This document shows, one piece after another, positions 26,336-38,718 of a DNA stretch of 64,000 bases (the stretch's first letter is position 1; each line of letters begins with the position of its first letter). Below the pieces are notes generated by a model. It made no database searches, had not been told where the DNA came from, and saw nothing but the letters and a program-made list of their open reading frames with translations. The position numbers were made by a program, and so were the translations under genes. The stretch is from the human T2T-CHM13v2.0 reference genome, Homo sapiens. Where the stretch lies: the NCBI RefSeq assembly GCF_009914755.1, contig NC_060934.1. The stretch is one strand, 5' to 3'.

Positions 26336-28894
26336 AAGAGGTTCCTCACTTCTAAAATAGAGACAGCAAGATCTGAGGTTTAACTGAGGTGGTACAGGTC
26401 AAGAGTTTTGCATAAGGTCTGGCATATAGCTCCTTTCCAAGGGCCCAGTGAGAAGCTTGACAGGGTCTCCTGGGCTGGGCTTGTGGCCACAGCTATCACC
26501 AGAGACACTGTGAATGGGACCCACTGTCCCCTCAGCCCAGGCAGATGCAGGGTCTGCAACACAGCAACTAAGCCCTCCTGCCTGGCTTCTGGGCTCCCCA
26601 CATGGTCCTCCATTGCAGTCCTGGAGGTGGAGTGTCCCTCCCTGTTTTGGCGGGGCCCACCTGTGTCTACAGTCTGCAGGTGATGGGCAGCAACAGGGGC
26701 TCCTCAGAGAGAGGGGAACGCCGCAGGAAGTGCCACTGTCCGCTTCCCTCCTCTTCCTCGCAGCCGTGGCACCCTGCCATCCACAAGCTCTCCTCAATGA
26801 ACAGAGCAGTTTCTACCTGCCCCGCTCTCCCCGTTCCTGCTGCCACATACTGCCCGGCCACCACCCAGCCTCTCCAGCTGTTGTCTCCTGTCTCTTCCCC
26901 TGACACTTCCTGTCCTGTAGTCACATCCAGGGCTGGCCCACGGCTGCAAAAAAGCAGAGGGTCCATCCCAGCAGCAGTGGCAGCAGAGGGGTTCCAGGAT
27001 GGAGTAGTGGTTTCTAGAGCATCTTTCCCAAAAGCAAGGGCATCCCAGCTGGACGCAGCATCTCCAACCCCAAAAAGGGCGAGGCCACTGAATGGGCTTG
27101 GTCCACAGTGGGAGGGCCCTGGCTCGGCATCTCAAGGTGCTGCAAAGGTGTCTCCCCTTGAGACACCCCTCCTTCCAGTAACCACTAGGGAGAGGCTCAG
27201 ACCTTCCAAGGTGGACCCTCCTCCACGCACCTTTCTACCAGGCTCATCCCCGCCCCTCCCACAGCCCAGCCCCCCCCTTCCTGTTTGACAACTGCCACTT
27301 CCCGCTTTTGCACAGGGCCACTTCCTGCCTGCCTGTGTGCTACTGCCATGGAGAGACCCACCCCTGCCGGCCTTCAGCCCAGCTCCAACCACAGCCCTCT
27401 GCAGGTTTTCCCCATCATTAGCAGAGGTGGCAACAGGAGCAGAAAGCAGAAGCAGCTCCAGCCTTTCCCCAGCAGCCTGCCTAGACCAGAGTGGTCTGAG
27501 CCCAGGCCAGAGCCAGGCCCTGGGAAACAAGGATCCTAGAAACCCAACCTCTCCCGCCTTCTGCCCAAGTGCTTCAGGACTTGGTCCAAGGTGCCACGAT
27601 TTCACAGGAAGGGCAGCAAGAAGTGACCAGATGCACCAGGGGAGGCAGAAAAGAGGAAGCAGATAGGGAGGTGATAGCTTGCAGCCAAGGGGTGCACCAA
27701 GCCTGCCCCTGAACCACCTCCCCCTCTGGCCTGAAGACAGAAGCCTACTCCAATGCCCTTTCCTTCCTCTGCCAGGTCAGGGGGCCAGGGAGGGCTGGCC
27801 ACAGATTCTCCATGGCCCTCTCAGGGATGGGCCTGCTTGACTTAGTGACATTTTCCTAAAAAAAAAACACAAATGCCAGCACTAGCTTCAAATAAGATCC
27901 TGCTGCCACGTAAACATACAATCCTCTGTACGTGGGAAAGGATGCACATTCCTACTCTGACTGAGGACTCTCCCAAGTTCCAATCTCAAAGACATTCTTA
28001 ACTTTGTAAAGGGTATTTTGCAGGTCTGTGCCTATGACCCTAAACATGGATGTGAGAAACTTCCTGCAACCCCACTGATTTCAGGGCTCCATGGGAGGCG
28101 GCCTCACTTGCTGCCCTCCTGAGTGCCTTTCATCTTCTTCCCAAGCAGCAGAGGCCGCCGTCTGGTCCCCTTGGCACTCTGAGGAGCAGAAACAAGGACA
28201 TCGCAGGGATTTGATGTCATAATCCACCTTCCCCAGCTGCTTATGCACAGCCCTGGGCCTGGGACACTGACCAGTGGGAATCCCAAGCCACGATCCCACC
28301 GACCTCACCCTGACACTGTGATGCCACATCCCTTCCTCTTTGAATCTCACTCTAAAGATGCAAAGAGTCTCCAATTAAAAGCAAAGTCCATCCGACACAC
28401 AAGAGCAGGACCATGGTTTCTAATGCCCTCACACATGTACACCTGGTGACTAGCTGGGGGCTGTGATACAGAGGGACGGGGCCTGAAATGGTCCCATGTG
28501 AACCCCCAAGGCTCTGTGCATGTACCCAGCATCCTCCCCTTATCTTCAACCCTCACTCAAGCAGTTTTAACTTGGTGACACAAAGACCTGAGCCCCACTT
28601 TGGCCTCTGGATCTCAAGGCAAGGGAAGCGAGAGGCTCCAAGAAATGCCCTATAGCGAAAAGGCCCTCAATCAGCTTTGACAGAGAAAATCCCCAAGGGG
28701 TCACTAGCAAGCCCCAAGAAGGCAAGGCTCTGCCTGGGGGCACTCTGGCTGCTCTCAAGGGCCAGAAAAGGGTCAGCCGTCTGTTCTCCATGCCCCCCGG
28801 CAGGGCTCCCGGTGCCTGCAGCCTTTGCCCACTGTTTTGGTGACATTTCCTTCATGGTAACCAGCCCCAAGTAAAACATCCCAGGAAGCAGCCC

Positions 28895-28904
28895 CTAAAA
28901 ATAG
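28895..28904 (+). promoter_or_regulatory. Consensus MEF2 site CTAAAAATAG in intron 2
   Basis: Exact motif match; function inferred only. Confidence 0.4.
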
Positions 28905-30512
28905 CTCCTCCCAGGGCAGCAGCAAGCAGGGGGGAAGGGAAAGAAAGGGAGGAGAAAAGAGGGGAGCAGATGGGAAGCTGCGGCTGCTGCTGATAGGGCC
29001 CAGGAAGCGGAGATGGTGTTGGGGAGGAGTGGCTGGAAATCTCCCCACCGCACAGCCCAGAGAGGTGGGTACAGACGGGAATGGGGCCTCAGCCAGCAAC
29101 GAGGAGGGATTTGCTCCACCAGGCTTGGAGCTTGGGGCCTAGATGGAGAGGTGTGAGGTGATATGCCAAGATTCATCACAGGAACAAAGTATCCAGAACC
29201 TGTGTTTTAAAGAAAGGCGCCAAGGAGTGGGTGGAGGCCACACGGCCTGAGGACGCTGGGTCTGAGCCCTGGCAAAGTCATGGGCACCTGCAGCACAAAA
29301 CCAAAAAAGAAAAAAAAGACCCCAGACAAAGCTTTTGTGCTTTGATTTCCCCAGCGGTCCTGCGGCAGATCTGTCTGGCCATGGGTAGGTGACAAAGGGG
29401 CTCTGCAGAGAGGCATTCAAGAGGTGCAAAGTGCCCATCTCCTCCTGTCACCACCCTTTTGGCACCCATGGGATCAGGCCCTTGTTGGTCTGCCAAAGCT
29501 GTTCAGAGAGCAGCAAGCATACAGATGGGAGCAGGAATGGTCACACCCAGCCTCCCCTTCCCTATCTCCAGTCTCAGCAGAGAATGGGGTCAGCCACTCA
29601 CCTCTAGGGTTTCAGCACAGCTTCGAACAAGGGTATGGTGACAAGGGACCAGAGGAAGCAGCAGGAAGAAGGCAGGGGCCTCCCTGACAGGACAGGGCAA
29701 CCTTCCCACCTCCATCCCCACACCATGATGCAGCACCCCAAGTCACTCTAGGAAGACAGGTGGGAGGGGAGGGGGACAGGCCAGTGTTGTGTGTGCTAAG
29801 GCCCACAGCTCAACGTGACCGCGTGACAAAAGCCGCCTGGCAGAAGCCTTTGCACAGAGGGACCTGCAGTCGGCTTCCATCCCTTCAGGAGAGAAAGTAG
29901 AGGCGCTCCATCACTGATATGCAGGATGCCCATTTCTCTGTTTACAGAAATTGGCCTGTTTTATCCTCAGGAGGAAAGCATGGTTTCGCACACAGCCTCC
30001 TTAAATGCTTCCTCGAGGCCTGTGTTCCAGTGCTGTGTGGATTTCTCTTCCTTCTCCCACTCCCTGCATTACTGCTTCCCCCTCCCTTCTCTTTCCCTCA
30101 CTTCACCCAGATCCTTAACAGGAAAGTCTCACTTGGAGATACCACAGGGGACACAAATGTCATGGGGGCTACTCAGGCCAACACTAAGGGGGCGGGGACT
30201 CTCAGCTGGCACCATCCAGGGGATCCCATTTCAGTCCCCAGGGCCAGCTGGACCCAGAAAGGGACAGCCTTTACCCTTCTGGTGGCCAACATGCCACAAC
30301 CCGAGCCACCCAGCTTGCCGCAGCCTCAGACACAGACACCCCAATCCCGAGGCCCAGAACGAGGCCCCTAATCACAGAACAGCCCATGTGCACAGATGGC
30401 CACATAGTGGCAGACACACAATCTGGAGAAGGATGGGCCAAGGTGTGTCTGTTGAATTCCAGAGGGCATGGCAAGAGCAACTGTTGTTGCAGATTTTAGG
30501 TGGCATCTCTTA

Positions 30513-30692
30513 AAGAGTGGCTCATGCCTCACCTGCATGAAATTCACTGGAGCATGTGTTAAAAATGCAGATTCTGCAGCTCCACCCTAGACCTCCTAAA
30601 GCAGAATCTCTGTGGCTAAAGCCCAGAAGTCTGTATTTTTTAAACTAGTACTCAGGGTGATCCTTACGCACACTAAAATTGAAAATCACTAC
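30513..30692. mobile_element. MER5-like fossil
   Basis: GTTAAAAATGCAGATTC...CCCTAGACCT...CAGAATCTCTG...GGTGATCCTTACGCACACTAAA. Confidence 0.7.
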
Positions 30693-33600
30693 CTGGAAGA
30701 GATCCCAACAGTGGCCCTATAGTGCCATTTAGTGACAGGGAAGGAGGAATCATCAGCTAAATGTCTGCCTACATCTCCCACTCTGCCTTATGCCCCAAGC
30801 ACAGGTCTTTATCCTCATCTGTCCTCTCTTCCAGCAGCCGTATCAGGTCTGCAGCTTGGCTCCCTGGATCAGAAAGGGAGGACCCAAGTCTGTAGCAGGG
30901 TACAAGGGCTCTGGCAACTTGACTCTGAGTTTCCTAGGAGCCAAAGCCAAAAGGCAACCATGATTGGTTACATAGTCCTCTTGACCCATTCATTTAATGT
31001 GTATGTGGCTGGCATACGTCAGGCACTTCGCTAGGGCCTGCCCATGCAGAAGTATAGAAACACATAAGGACCCTTCCCTCACCTCTCAGGTCCTCACAAA
31101 GAGGAAAGCTTTTGCTTACATTTAGCTTCAAAAGAAATTTCTTCACACGGAATGTACAGATTAAATAAATATGTTAAAGTATTATAACAGATTTCAAAAC
31201 ACTGTTTCCGGTAGCATCTCTTAGTAAGGCCAAGGGCATTACCCCAGTATCTATCTTGGTAAAAGCAACTGGAATCCAGATAAATGGTACATATACAGAA
31301 GTTTCTTGTGATGCTGATTGTTTTAGGGATAAATCCTAAACGACGTAGAAGAAAGGACCATTTGCCCTTCAACTGTAGTAATATGGGGGAAATGCTTTGG
31401 ATATAAGCAAAGAGAGCAGGATATAAAATGTTATGCTCCACGAGGTGAAAATCTGTATGCATATGAATAAAGATAAGAAGGGAATATGAAGATTTAAAAA
31501 TAAAAAAAGACATAAGGGCTCAGGCTCCTTGAGGGGGGTGCTCTTAAATCTTAAAATAACGACTTATCATTGCCATCACCTGGCCCACTAGCTCCTGCAT
31601 CCAAGCCTATTTTAAATGCCTCCTTCGGCCTAGTGGAGCTAAGCTTGGAACCATGGGCTCCCTTAAGAGCCCAGCTCCACTCCTATCACGGTTCTGAAGC
31701 AAACGGAGTGACGTTATGTGACTTTCAGTGACTTTATGTAGACAGGCCCGCAGACAAAGACAGTGCTCAACGCATATCCGCATGAACTCCCCACCTTGCA
31801 ACCTAGCCGCCAATGTGGGCCTCTGAGGCCACAGTGACAAGACACAACAGCCCAAAAGAAGGCTTCCTGTCTCGATTGGACCCCCCCAGAAGAACAGGTG
31901 ATCCCTCTCCCTGACTCCTAGCCACCTCACCAGGGATGCCAAGGAGAAACAGCTCTATACCCTCTTTTTATCTTTTCAGTTTGTAGCCCAGAGAATCACA
32001 AACAAGAAAGACAGGAGGCAGGAAGACCCAGTGAACACAGCAAGCCCCTTCAGACCTTCACAGATGACCCTGGTGGGCCCACGACATTCCCAGACACAGA
32101 AATCCAACACCTGCGGAGACCTAGGCAGACAGCGATGAGTGAAACCCAGCTCCAGTGGCTGCACCTTTATAAAATATATAGTGTAAACTGAGAGTCTGCA
32201 GGGAAGCCATGGCCCTCACTCCCTAACCCCATGGGAACCAGCCCATGGCTACCCTGGCCCAGATCTCTCCAGGAGTTCACATCTCCCATGCCCACACCTA
32301 TAGTCCAGCCCCACCTTGTTCCCTCCATCTCCAAGACAGCCCCTTTCCACTTTCCCACCTCCACACAGTACTGGCTGGCACTTACACATTCTGACCCCTC
32401 TGGCTGGCATCTGTGCCTATCATCTGTGCCTCTGTCCCAAAGTCAACCTGGCACATGAGGCCACACAACAGAGCCCAGTCTTGGCATATCCATCTTGGGA
32501 GAGGGGGAGTTGCTGTCTGAAGCATATACTTTTACACAAGAATCCTCTTCTTGAGGGGAAAAAAAAAAAAATCAACGAGAAATCAAGTCTCATCCAGTTT
32601 GGCCAGGGAAAGATATCCATTGGGAAAGATGGGACAAGGTTAAAAGGAGGTGAGGAAGGGAAAGGGAGGCTATCACACAGGTCATGGAAATTTACGCAGG
32701 TAGGGAAGGAGTAGGAAATGAAAGCCCCAGTCAGGCAGCTGCAGGAAGTCACCACATCACCTATCCTCACATCCCAGAATTCGGCTCCCAGCCATCTCTC
32801 CTTCTCTTACCCATGGGTCAGAGGACACTGGTGAGATGAAGAGAGCAAAGCATTGCATCATCAACTGGAGACACCAGATGCCAGCCCTGTTTCTGATGCA
32901 CCAGGGCTCTGCTGTGTGGGCAAGAGAGGTATCCAGCCTCAAGCCATTGTTCCTGCCTGCACCTTCCATCCTTGGCCAGAGGATGTCTGCCAGAGAGCCC
33001 AGCCCCTGTTGTCCCCCCCACCCCCACTCCAGGGTATCTGACTGCCCACATATCTCTATGGCAACCATCCTCAGACTCAAGGTACCCAGAGAGAAAGAAA
33101 ACAAACAAGTCCAACTTTATAGGCAATGTACACGAACAGCAAGAGATGGAGCTGGATGGGAGTCAGCAATTAGTGCCCTACTAGAGGGATGGAGAGAGAG
33201 TCCCCAGTCAGGGAGTGGACACGGCCCTGCTAAACAGGTCCCAGAACAACTGCCAACACGACAGAAGCCCGTGGAATTGTAGAGCTTCTCTAAGCATTTG
33301 GGACATCTATTATGTCTCTTATCCCAGAGAAACCCGTGTCATTATTGGCCAAAGCCCATGTCTTCCCCAGGGCATGTGTCCTGGCTCCTAATATATTTAT
33401 GGCATCCTACTGCCCAGCCCTAATTCCTTTCTCTGAGTTTCACAACCTTTGTCCCCCAGCTGCACCCTGCAGCCCTCCGAGATCTGACCTCTGTACTCAC
33501 CAGACCTGTTCCCAGAGCACTTCACACATTGCTGGGTCTACACCTATCAGATGAGGTGAGTTTGGCAAGTACCCAATAGGAAGTTCAGAGAGTGTAGGTT

Positions 33601-34380
33601 CAAGGTGTGAAAGACAGGCCCTGACCCTCCAAGCCTCAGGTACTTGGGAGGATCTCGCAAGTGAGGCCCCAAGGCCTTGGCCTTTATGCTCCTCAGACTC
33701 GGAGGCAGTGCAGTTCCTGCCCAAACCGGGCCTTTGGGATTTCTAGACCATGAGGCATCACCCTCCACCCAGGACAGACTACATCTGCTGCTGCACCACC
33801 AACTTTGTAATTTGATCAAAAAAGCAATCAAGTTCATCTGGCAGAATTTGTTCCTGAGAAGCCCTCGCCAGTAGCAGCCTCCCCTGATGTTTACAGATTC
33901 CCTTCCCTTGGGAGTCTGTTCTGCCGCCTGGTGGGCAGGGGAGGCTGGCTTTGTCAGAGCTGCTCACTTACTGCATTTCCATCCTAAGTCACCACTGGGG
34001 CACAGGGACCAGGAAAGGCCTGCAGTAGCCACCACTGCCCCAAAGGGAGAGGCTCCAAATGCCCCAAATTAAGAGCTCCCCATTCTGTACCACCCACTAC
34101 CCCCATATCCTCCACCTCCCTGAAGACCGAACTCCCTTGAGCCTTTGGGGGCCACTGCAGCTACTTGCATCTCTTCCTTCATTCTTTTGTACCTGGGCGC
34201 TTCCAGTCCCCCATGCAACTCCTTTTCTGGCTTCAGCCTGACACAAAGTCCAACCAGTCTGAAATTCCAACTCCTCTCCAAGTGCTAAAACGCACAACCC
34301 CCAATTCCTGGGGCTTCCTCAAAAGAAACCATGGCCCCTGGAGGCACCCTCAGGAAGAGGTCAAGACAGGGAACACTCAC

Positions 34381-34475
34381 CCCGGGCAGACAACTTCTTG
34401 GTATTGATGATTTTTGCTGCGTACTCCTGCGTGGAGGTTTTCTTCACACACCTGCGGACCACAGAGAAAGCACCC
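34381..34475 (-). CDS. CAMK2G: CAMK2G exon 2 ([31 protein letters not shown]), 95 nt; Gly loop and catalytic Lys43
   Basis: Acceptor CCCTCCAG|GGGTG, donor GGG|GTGAGT; frame continues from exon 1. Confidence 0.98.
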
Positions 34476-35788
34476 CTGGAGGGAGAAGGGGAAAAGAACT
34501 GGGACACGGAGCAGGGCAGAGTGACACAGACACACTTCAAGTCTGGGGACGATGATGCTCCCACCACCAGACCTCTAGTCACACTCACGTACATGCACAC
34601 ACACCGGCGCTGTGACCACCACCATCCAACATGAGGCAAAAGGACGCGGCCACCGCAGGACACTGAACAGATGTGGGTGGCGTGCCGCGCTCCCACCCCC
34701 TCATCCAGTCCCTGGGCAAGGCAACAGCCTCCACCTCAGGCTGCACATCAGGAGCGGGTGGGCGATGCTGAAAACACACACCTGCTGCATCTCAGACAGC
34801 CCTGCGGTCCCGGCCAAGAGAACCAGGGCAGAAGGGAGCAGAGAGACCCTGCCCTTCTCTCAGCAGGAACAGTTGAAGGTCGGGGAAGGAAAGATTAAAA
34901 AGAGGGTATCATCCCCTGAAAGAGAAATCTCCCTCAACCATGGGGCAAAGTGAGGCTCAAACCCCCCCACAGCCGGTTTCATCTCACTGCATCCCGGCTC
35001 AACTGACAGCAAGGGAAGAGAGGACACAGTCAGACATCAAGAACTCCCCTTCCCATGCTATTTTCCTTGACGTCCCCGTCAAACGGGAGCTCGCACTCTG
35101 AGCTCTGGAAACGTCTGGGGGGGCGGGCGGGGCGGGGGCTGCAGTGGCCGGGCTCGGCGCCGCGGGTGGGGGTGGGGGGCCGGGGCTGCTGCAGCGGCCA
35201 GCTCAGTGCGGAGGGGAGGGGGATGCTGAGGCTGCGGCGCGGCTCCCGGGACCACTGCAGGGGTGGGGGGAGGGGACGGGGGTGCCGCAGCACTGCCCAG
35301 CCGCGGGGCTGGGAGCCTGGAGCGGCACCCGCGGGGGGCGGGGCCGGGCGCCAAACAGCCCCCCCACGCCCGGGCTCCGCAGCAGAGCTAGGGCTGCAGG
35401 GCTGGGGAGGGTCCTGAGTGCGAGGCGCGTGGGACCTGGGTTCAGGGTGCGGAGTGAGCAACCGGGCAGCGTTGGGAGGTGGTCGGGAGGGGGGCGCCTG
35501 AAGGGTGCGGAGGGGCGGGGCTGGAGGGCACCCGGGAGCGGTCCGGGGTCTGCGGTGTCCGCGGCGGCGCGTGGGGAGCAGCGGCCCCGCCAGTTGCTGC
35601 AGGGCGCGGAGGGGGATGCGGGGCAGTGCGCGGGGGGCGCGGGGACCGAAGGCGGCGGGCGGGAAAGGCGGGGGTGGGGCGGCCGAGGGGGAGCCGCAGC
35701 GGCCGGTGCAGGGCCGGGGGGCGGGGCGAGAAGCCGCATAGCTCCCGGGCGGCAGGGCAGGCAGGGGACCGCGGCGGGCGGGCCGTAC

Positions 35789-35853
35789 TTGCCAAGCTCC
35801 TCGAAGAGCTGGTAGTCGTCGGTGAAACGGGTGCAGGTGGCGGTGGTGGCCAT
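35789..35853 (-). CDS. CAMK2G: CAMK2G exon 1 coding part (MATTATCTRFTDDYQLFEELGK), 65 nt
   Basis: ATG at 35853 in strong context GCCAGCATGG; translation matches the CaMKII-gamma N-terminus; donor CAA|GTACGG. Confidence 0.98.
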
Positions 35854-35990
35854 GCTGGCGGGCGGGCGGACGCGGCGGTGCAGCCCGCGCCGACGTCGGT
35901 GCACAGTCACCGCCGCCCGGCCGAGGGAGCAAGAGGAGGAGACGGGGCTGAGCCCGGCAGCACCGCGAGACTTTACCGGGGAGAGCGAGG
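35854..35990 (-). other. CAMK2G: CAMK2G 5' UTR (TSS approximate)
   Basis: GC-rich, ATG-free segment between the GC-box cluster and the start codon; the exact TSS cannot be read from sequence. Confidence 0.65.
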
Positions 35991-36786
35991 GAGGGAGGGA
36001 CACCCCCGCGCCGCCCGCCCCGCCCCGCCCCCAGCCCCGCCAGTCCCCCCCCCCGCCCGGCCCCCGGCCCGCCCCCGGGGAGGGGCCTCCCGCCGCCGGC
36101 CCCGCCCCGCCCCGGAGCCGCCCTCGCTGGGCCAGGCGCGCGGGGCAGCCGAGGGGAGGGGGTCCCCGCTCCGGGCCACCTGTCTGGGCAGACGGAGCTG
36201 GAAGGTTCGCGACTTATGGGCTTGTCCCGGGGCGGACCCCGCGCGGGCTCGGGAACGTGCATGCGAGGGTGCATGTGTTAGGAGTGTAGGAGTCTGGACC
36301 ACTGACCTCTCTGGACGGGTCCTACACGCGGGTCCCGAGCCCCCAACCGGGCTCCTAGCACGTGGGGAGAGAGCCAAGGTCAAGGAGCCTGTGCCAGGCT
36401 GCACGCCCGGGAGGCGCCCCCAGCCTGCGCAGAGCCAGCTGCCAGCCGCCTTCCCTCTGGGAGCTGACAGTCTAGACTTGCGCAAGCACCAGGGCCATTA
36501 TTAGAAAGAAACCCTTCAGGCGCGGGTTGATCAGGGAGACCAGGCCAGGGGCAAGGATACAGGTAGGACTCTGCCTTCCTGCACCATAACTGCAGAGATG
36601 AAAGAGTATTCTCTATCCGGCCAGAAATGAAAGGGGTGAAGTAGGAAGACTTGAAAAGGCTTTGTGCAGTGGGGGCTAGAAGAGAAAGTGGAAGAAAGGG
36701 GAAATCCCCATTTTCTTGCAAGGCACCCTCGTACTTTTATTTTCTGGCACCTACCACATTTTGTAGTGATGCATTGACTGGTATAA

Positions 36787-37188
<402 letters not shown>

Positions 37189-37286
37189 GGGAACAATAAT
37201 ATTACCTACCTCATAGGCCTGTCAGCATTAAATGGTCTAAGGCACTTAGAATAGTACTTGGTGCCTAATTAGAACTACATTTGCTG

Positions 37287-37422
37287 GGCCGGGCGTGGTG
37301 GCTCATACCTGTAATCCCAGCACTTTGGGAGGCTGAGGCGGGTGGATCATGAGGTCAGGAGTTCGAGACCAGCCTGGCCAACATGGTGAAATCCTGTCTC
37401 TACTAAAAATACAAAAACTAGC
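37287..37422 (+). mobile_element. Alu left arm only
   Basis: GGCCGGGCGTGG...TACTAAAAATACAAAAACTAGC, then unrelated sequence. Confidence 0.88.
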
Positions 37423-38718
37423 TTCCCGCTGAATTGTAGGCTCCAATAAAGCGGGGCCTCTGCACCTTTTGTTCACCATTGTACACTCAGCCCCTGACCC
37501 TCAGTAAATATTTGTGGGATGGCAGAGGGAGATACCATCCCTTCTCCTGTCCCCACCATCACAAGTTGGTGGGACAGAGGCACATAACTGTCTTGATGGG
37601 GGACAAACAGGCTGGGCAGGTTCCTGACCTGCCTGGGCAGCTGTCCCCTGAGGCTGAGGCCAGCCCCAACTGGGCAGGGTGGAGCTCAGCCAGAGGCTGC
37701 CACTCAGTCTTGATTACAGCAGGACGCCCACTGGGAGTCGGGTCTCCCTCGCCAGCAGGCTCGCTCTGCCAGAGGAGGGGGCTGAGAGGTGTCCCAGCCT
37801 CCCAAGCTGCCTCCCTGAGGGGTGGGTGGGGCAGAGCTCTCCAGGAGTGCTCCCCTCCTGTCCTGACCCAACAGCCCTGAGAGCTGCTTTGGGAACCAGA
37901 CTGCCCAGTAGGGGTGATTAGGGAATGGGAGGGCATGAAGCCCTAAAGGAAAAGCATTAGCAGTTCTCTTGGGAGAAGGGTAGAGAGGGCCAAGGGAAAG
38001 GGTAGCAGTGCCAGAGCACCATGCCCTACCCCTCCCCAGGGCAACAGGAGGTAAAGTGGAGAGTAAGGCCACTTCCTATCTCAAAGCACCTGGGTGAGAG
38101 CCAGGTCCCAAGTCCCAGTGTGGGGTAGGGCAATGAGATTGCATACATGGGGATGCCAGTAAGTGTTGAGTTTCTGTCATCCATCTCCAAAGCAGAAGCA
38201 ACTTTGAATATCAGTTGATCATCAATGTGCCCTTCCTAAGTGCTCAAGGCAACTTGCTTCCTGACCTCCAGGCTGATACTTGAAACTTTCTATTCATGAA
38301 TGGAAGGTGGAGTGGAGGAGACCCTGAGAGGTCAGAACAAGCACAGAGGAGGGCTGCCATGGAGTCCCCTAGGAGTATCCTGGGGCAAATGTAAAACAGG
38401 ACTACAACCCTGACCAGTCTCATGTGCCTGCTGTGAGAGGAACATCATCCCGACTGAGGGGAGGGTTCAACACTAGGTGTTTTGGGGTAACCACGTAAAG
38501 CATTTTGCATTGTGTCTCTAGGTAAAAGGAAGAGTGATGAGAAAAATATTGGAGTGAAGCCTCAGGGGTGACTCATAGTACTATATAAGTGGAGCTAGCT
38601 GCCTTTCAACAAATATGACTCCCTACCATAGGTTTGTCACTGCCTTTTACTTTTTGAAACATTCAAATAAAGTAGAAAATTAGAATTCACACAATTAGAA
38701 GAAAACTCAATCCATCGT

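Larger units (their letters stand above)
35050..36550. promoter_or_regulatory. CpG-island, TATA-less promoter of CAMK2G with tandem GC boxes (CCGCCC repeats ~36005-36125)
   Basis: Very high GC and CpG density around exon 1; many Sp/KLF motifs and G-tracts. Confidence 0.92.

Noticed and set aside
26602-27288. 228-aa plus-strand ORF antisense in intron 2
   Set aside because: Weak start context, P/S/A-rich, no recognisable domain or exon structure.
35030-36504. Long ORFs (414, 341, 223, 170 aa etc.) on both strands over the promoter
   Set aside because: Stop-poor GC-rich CpG island with low-complexity P/G/R/A translations; only the 65-nt exon 1 is supported as coding.
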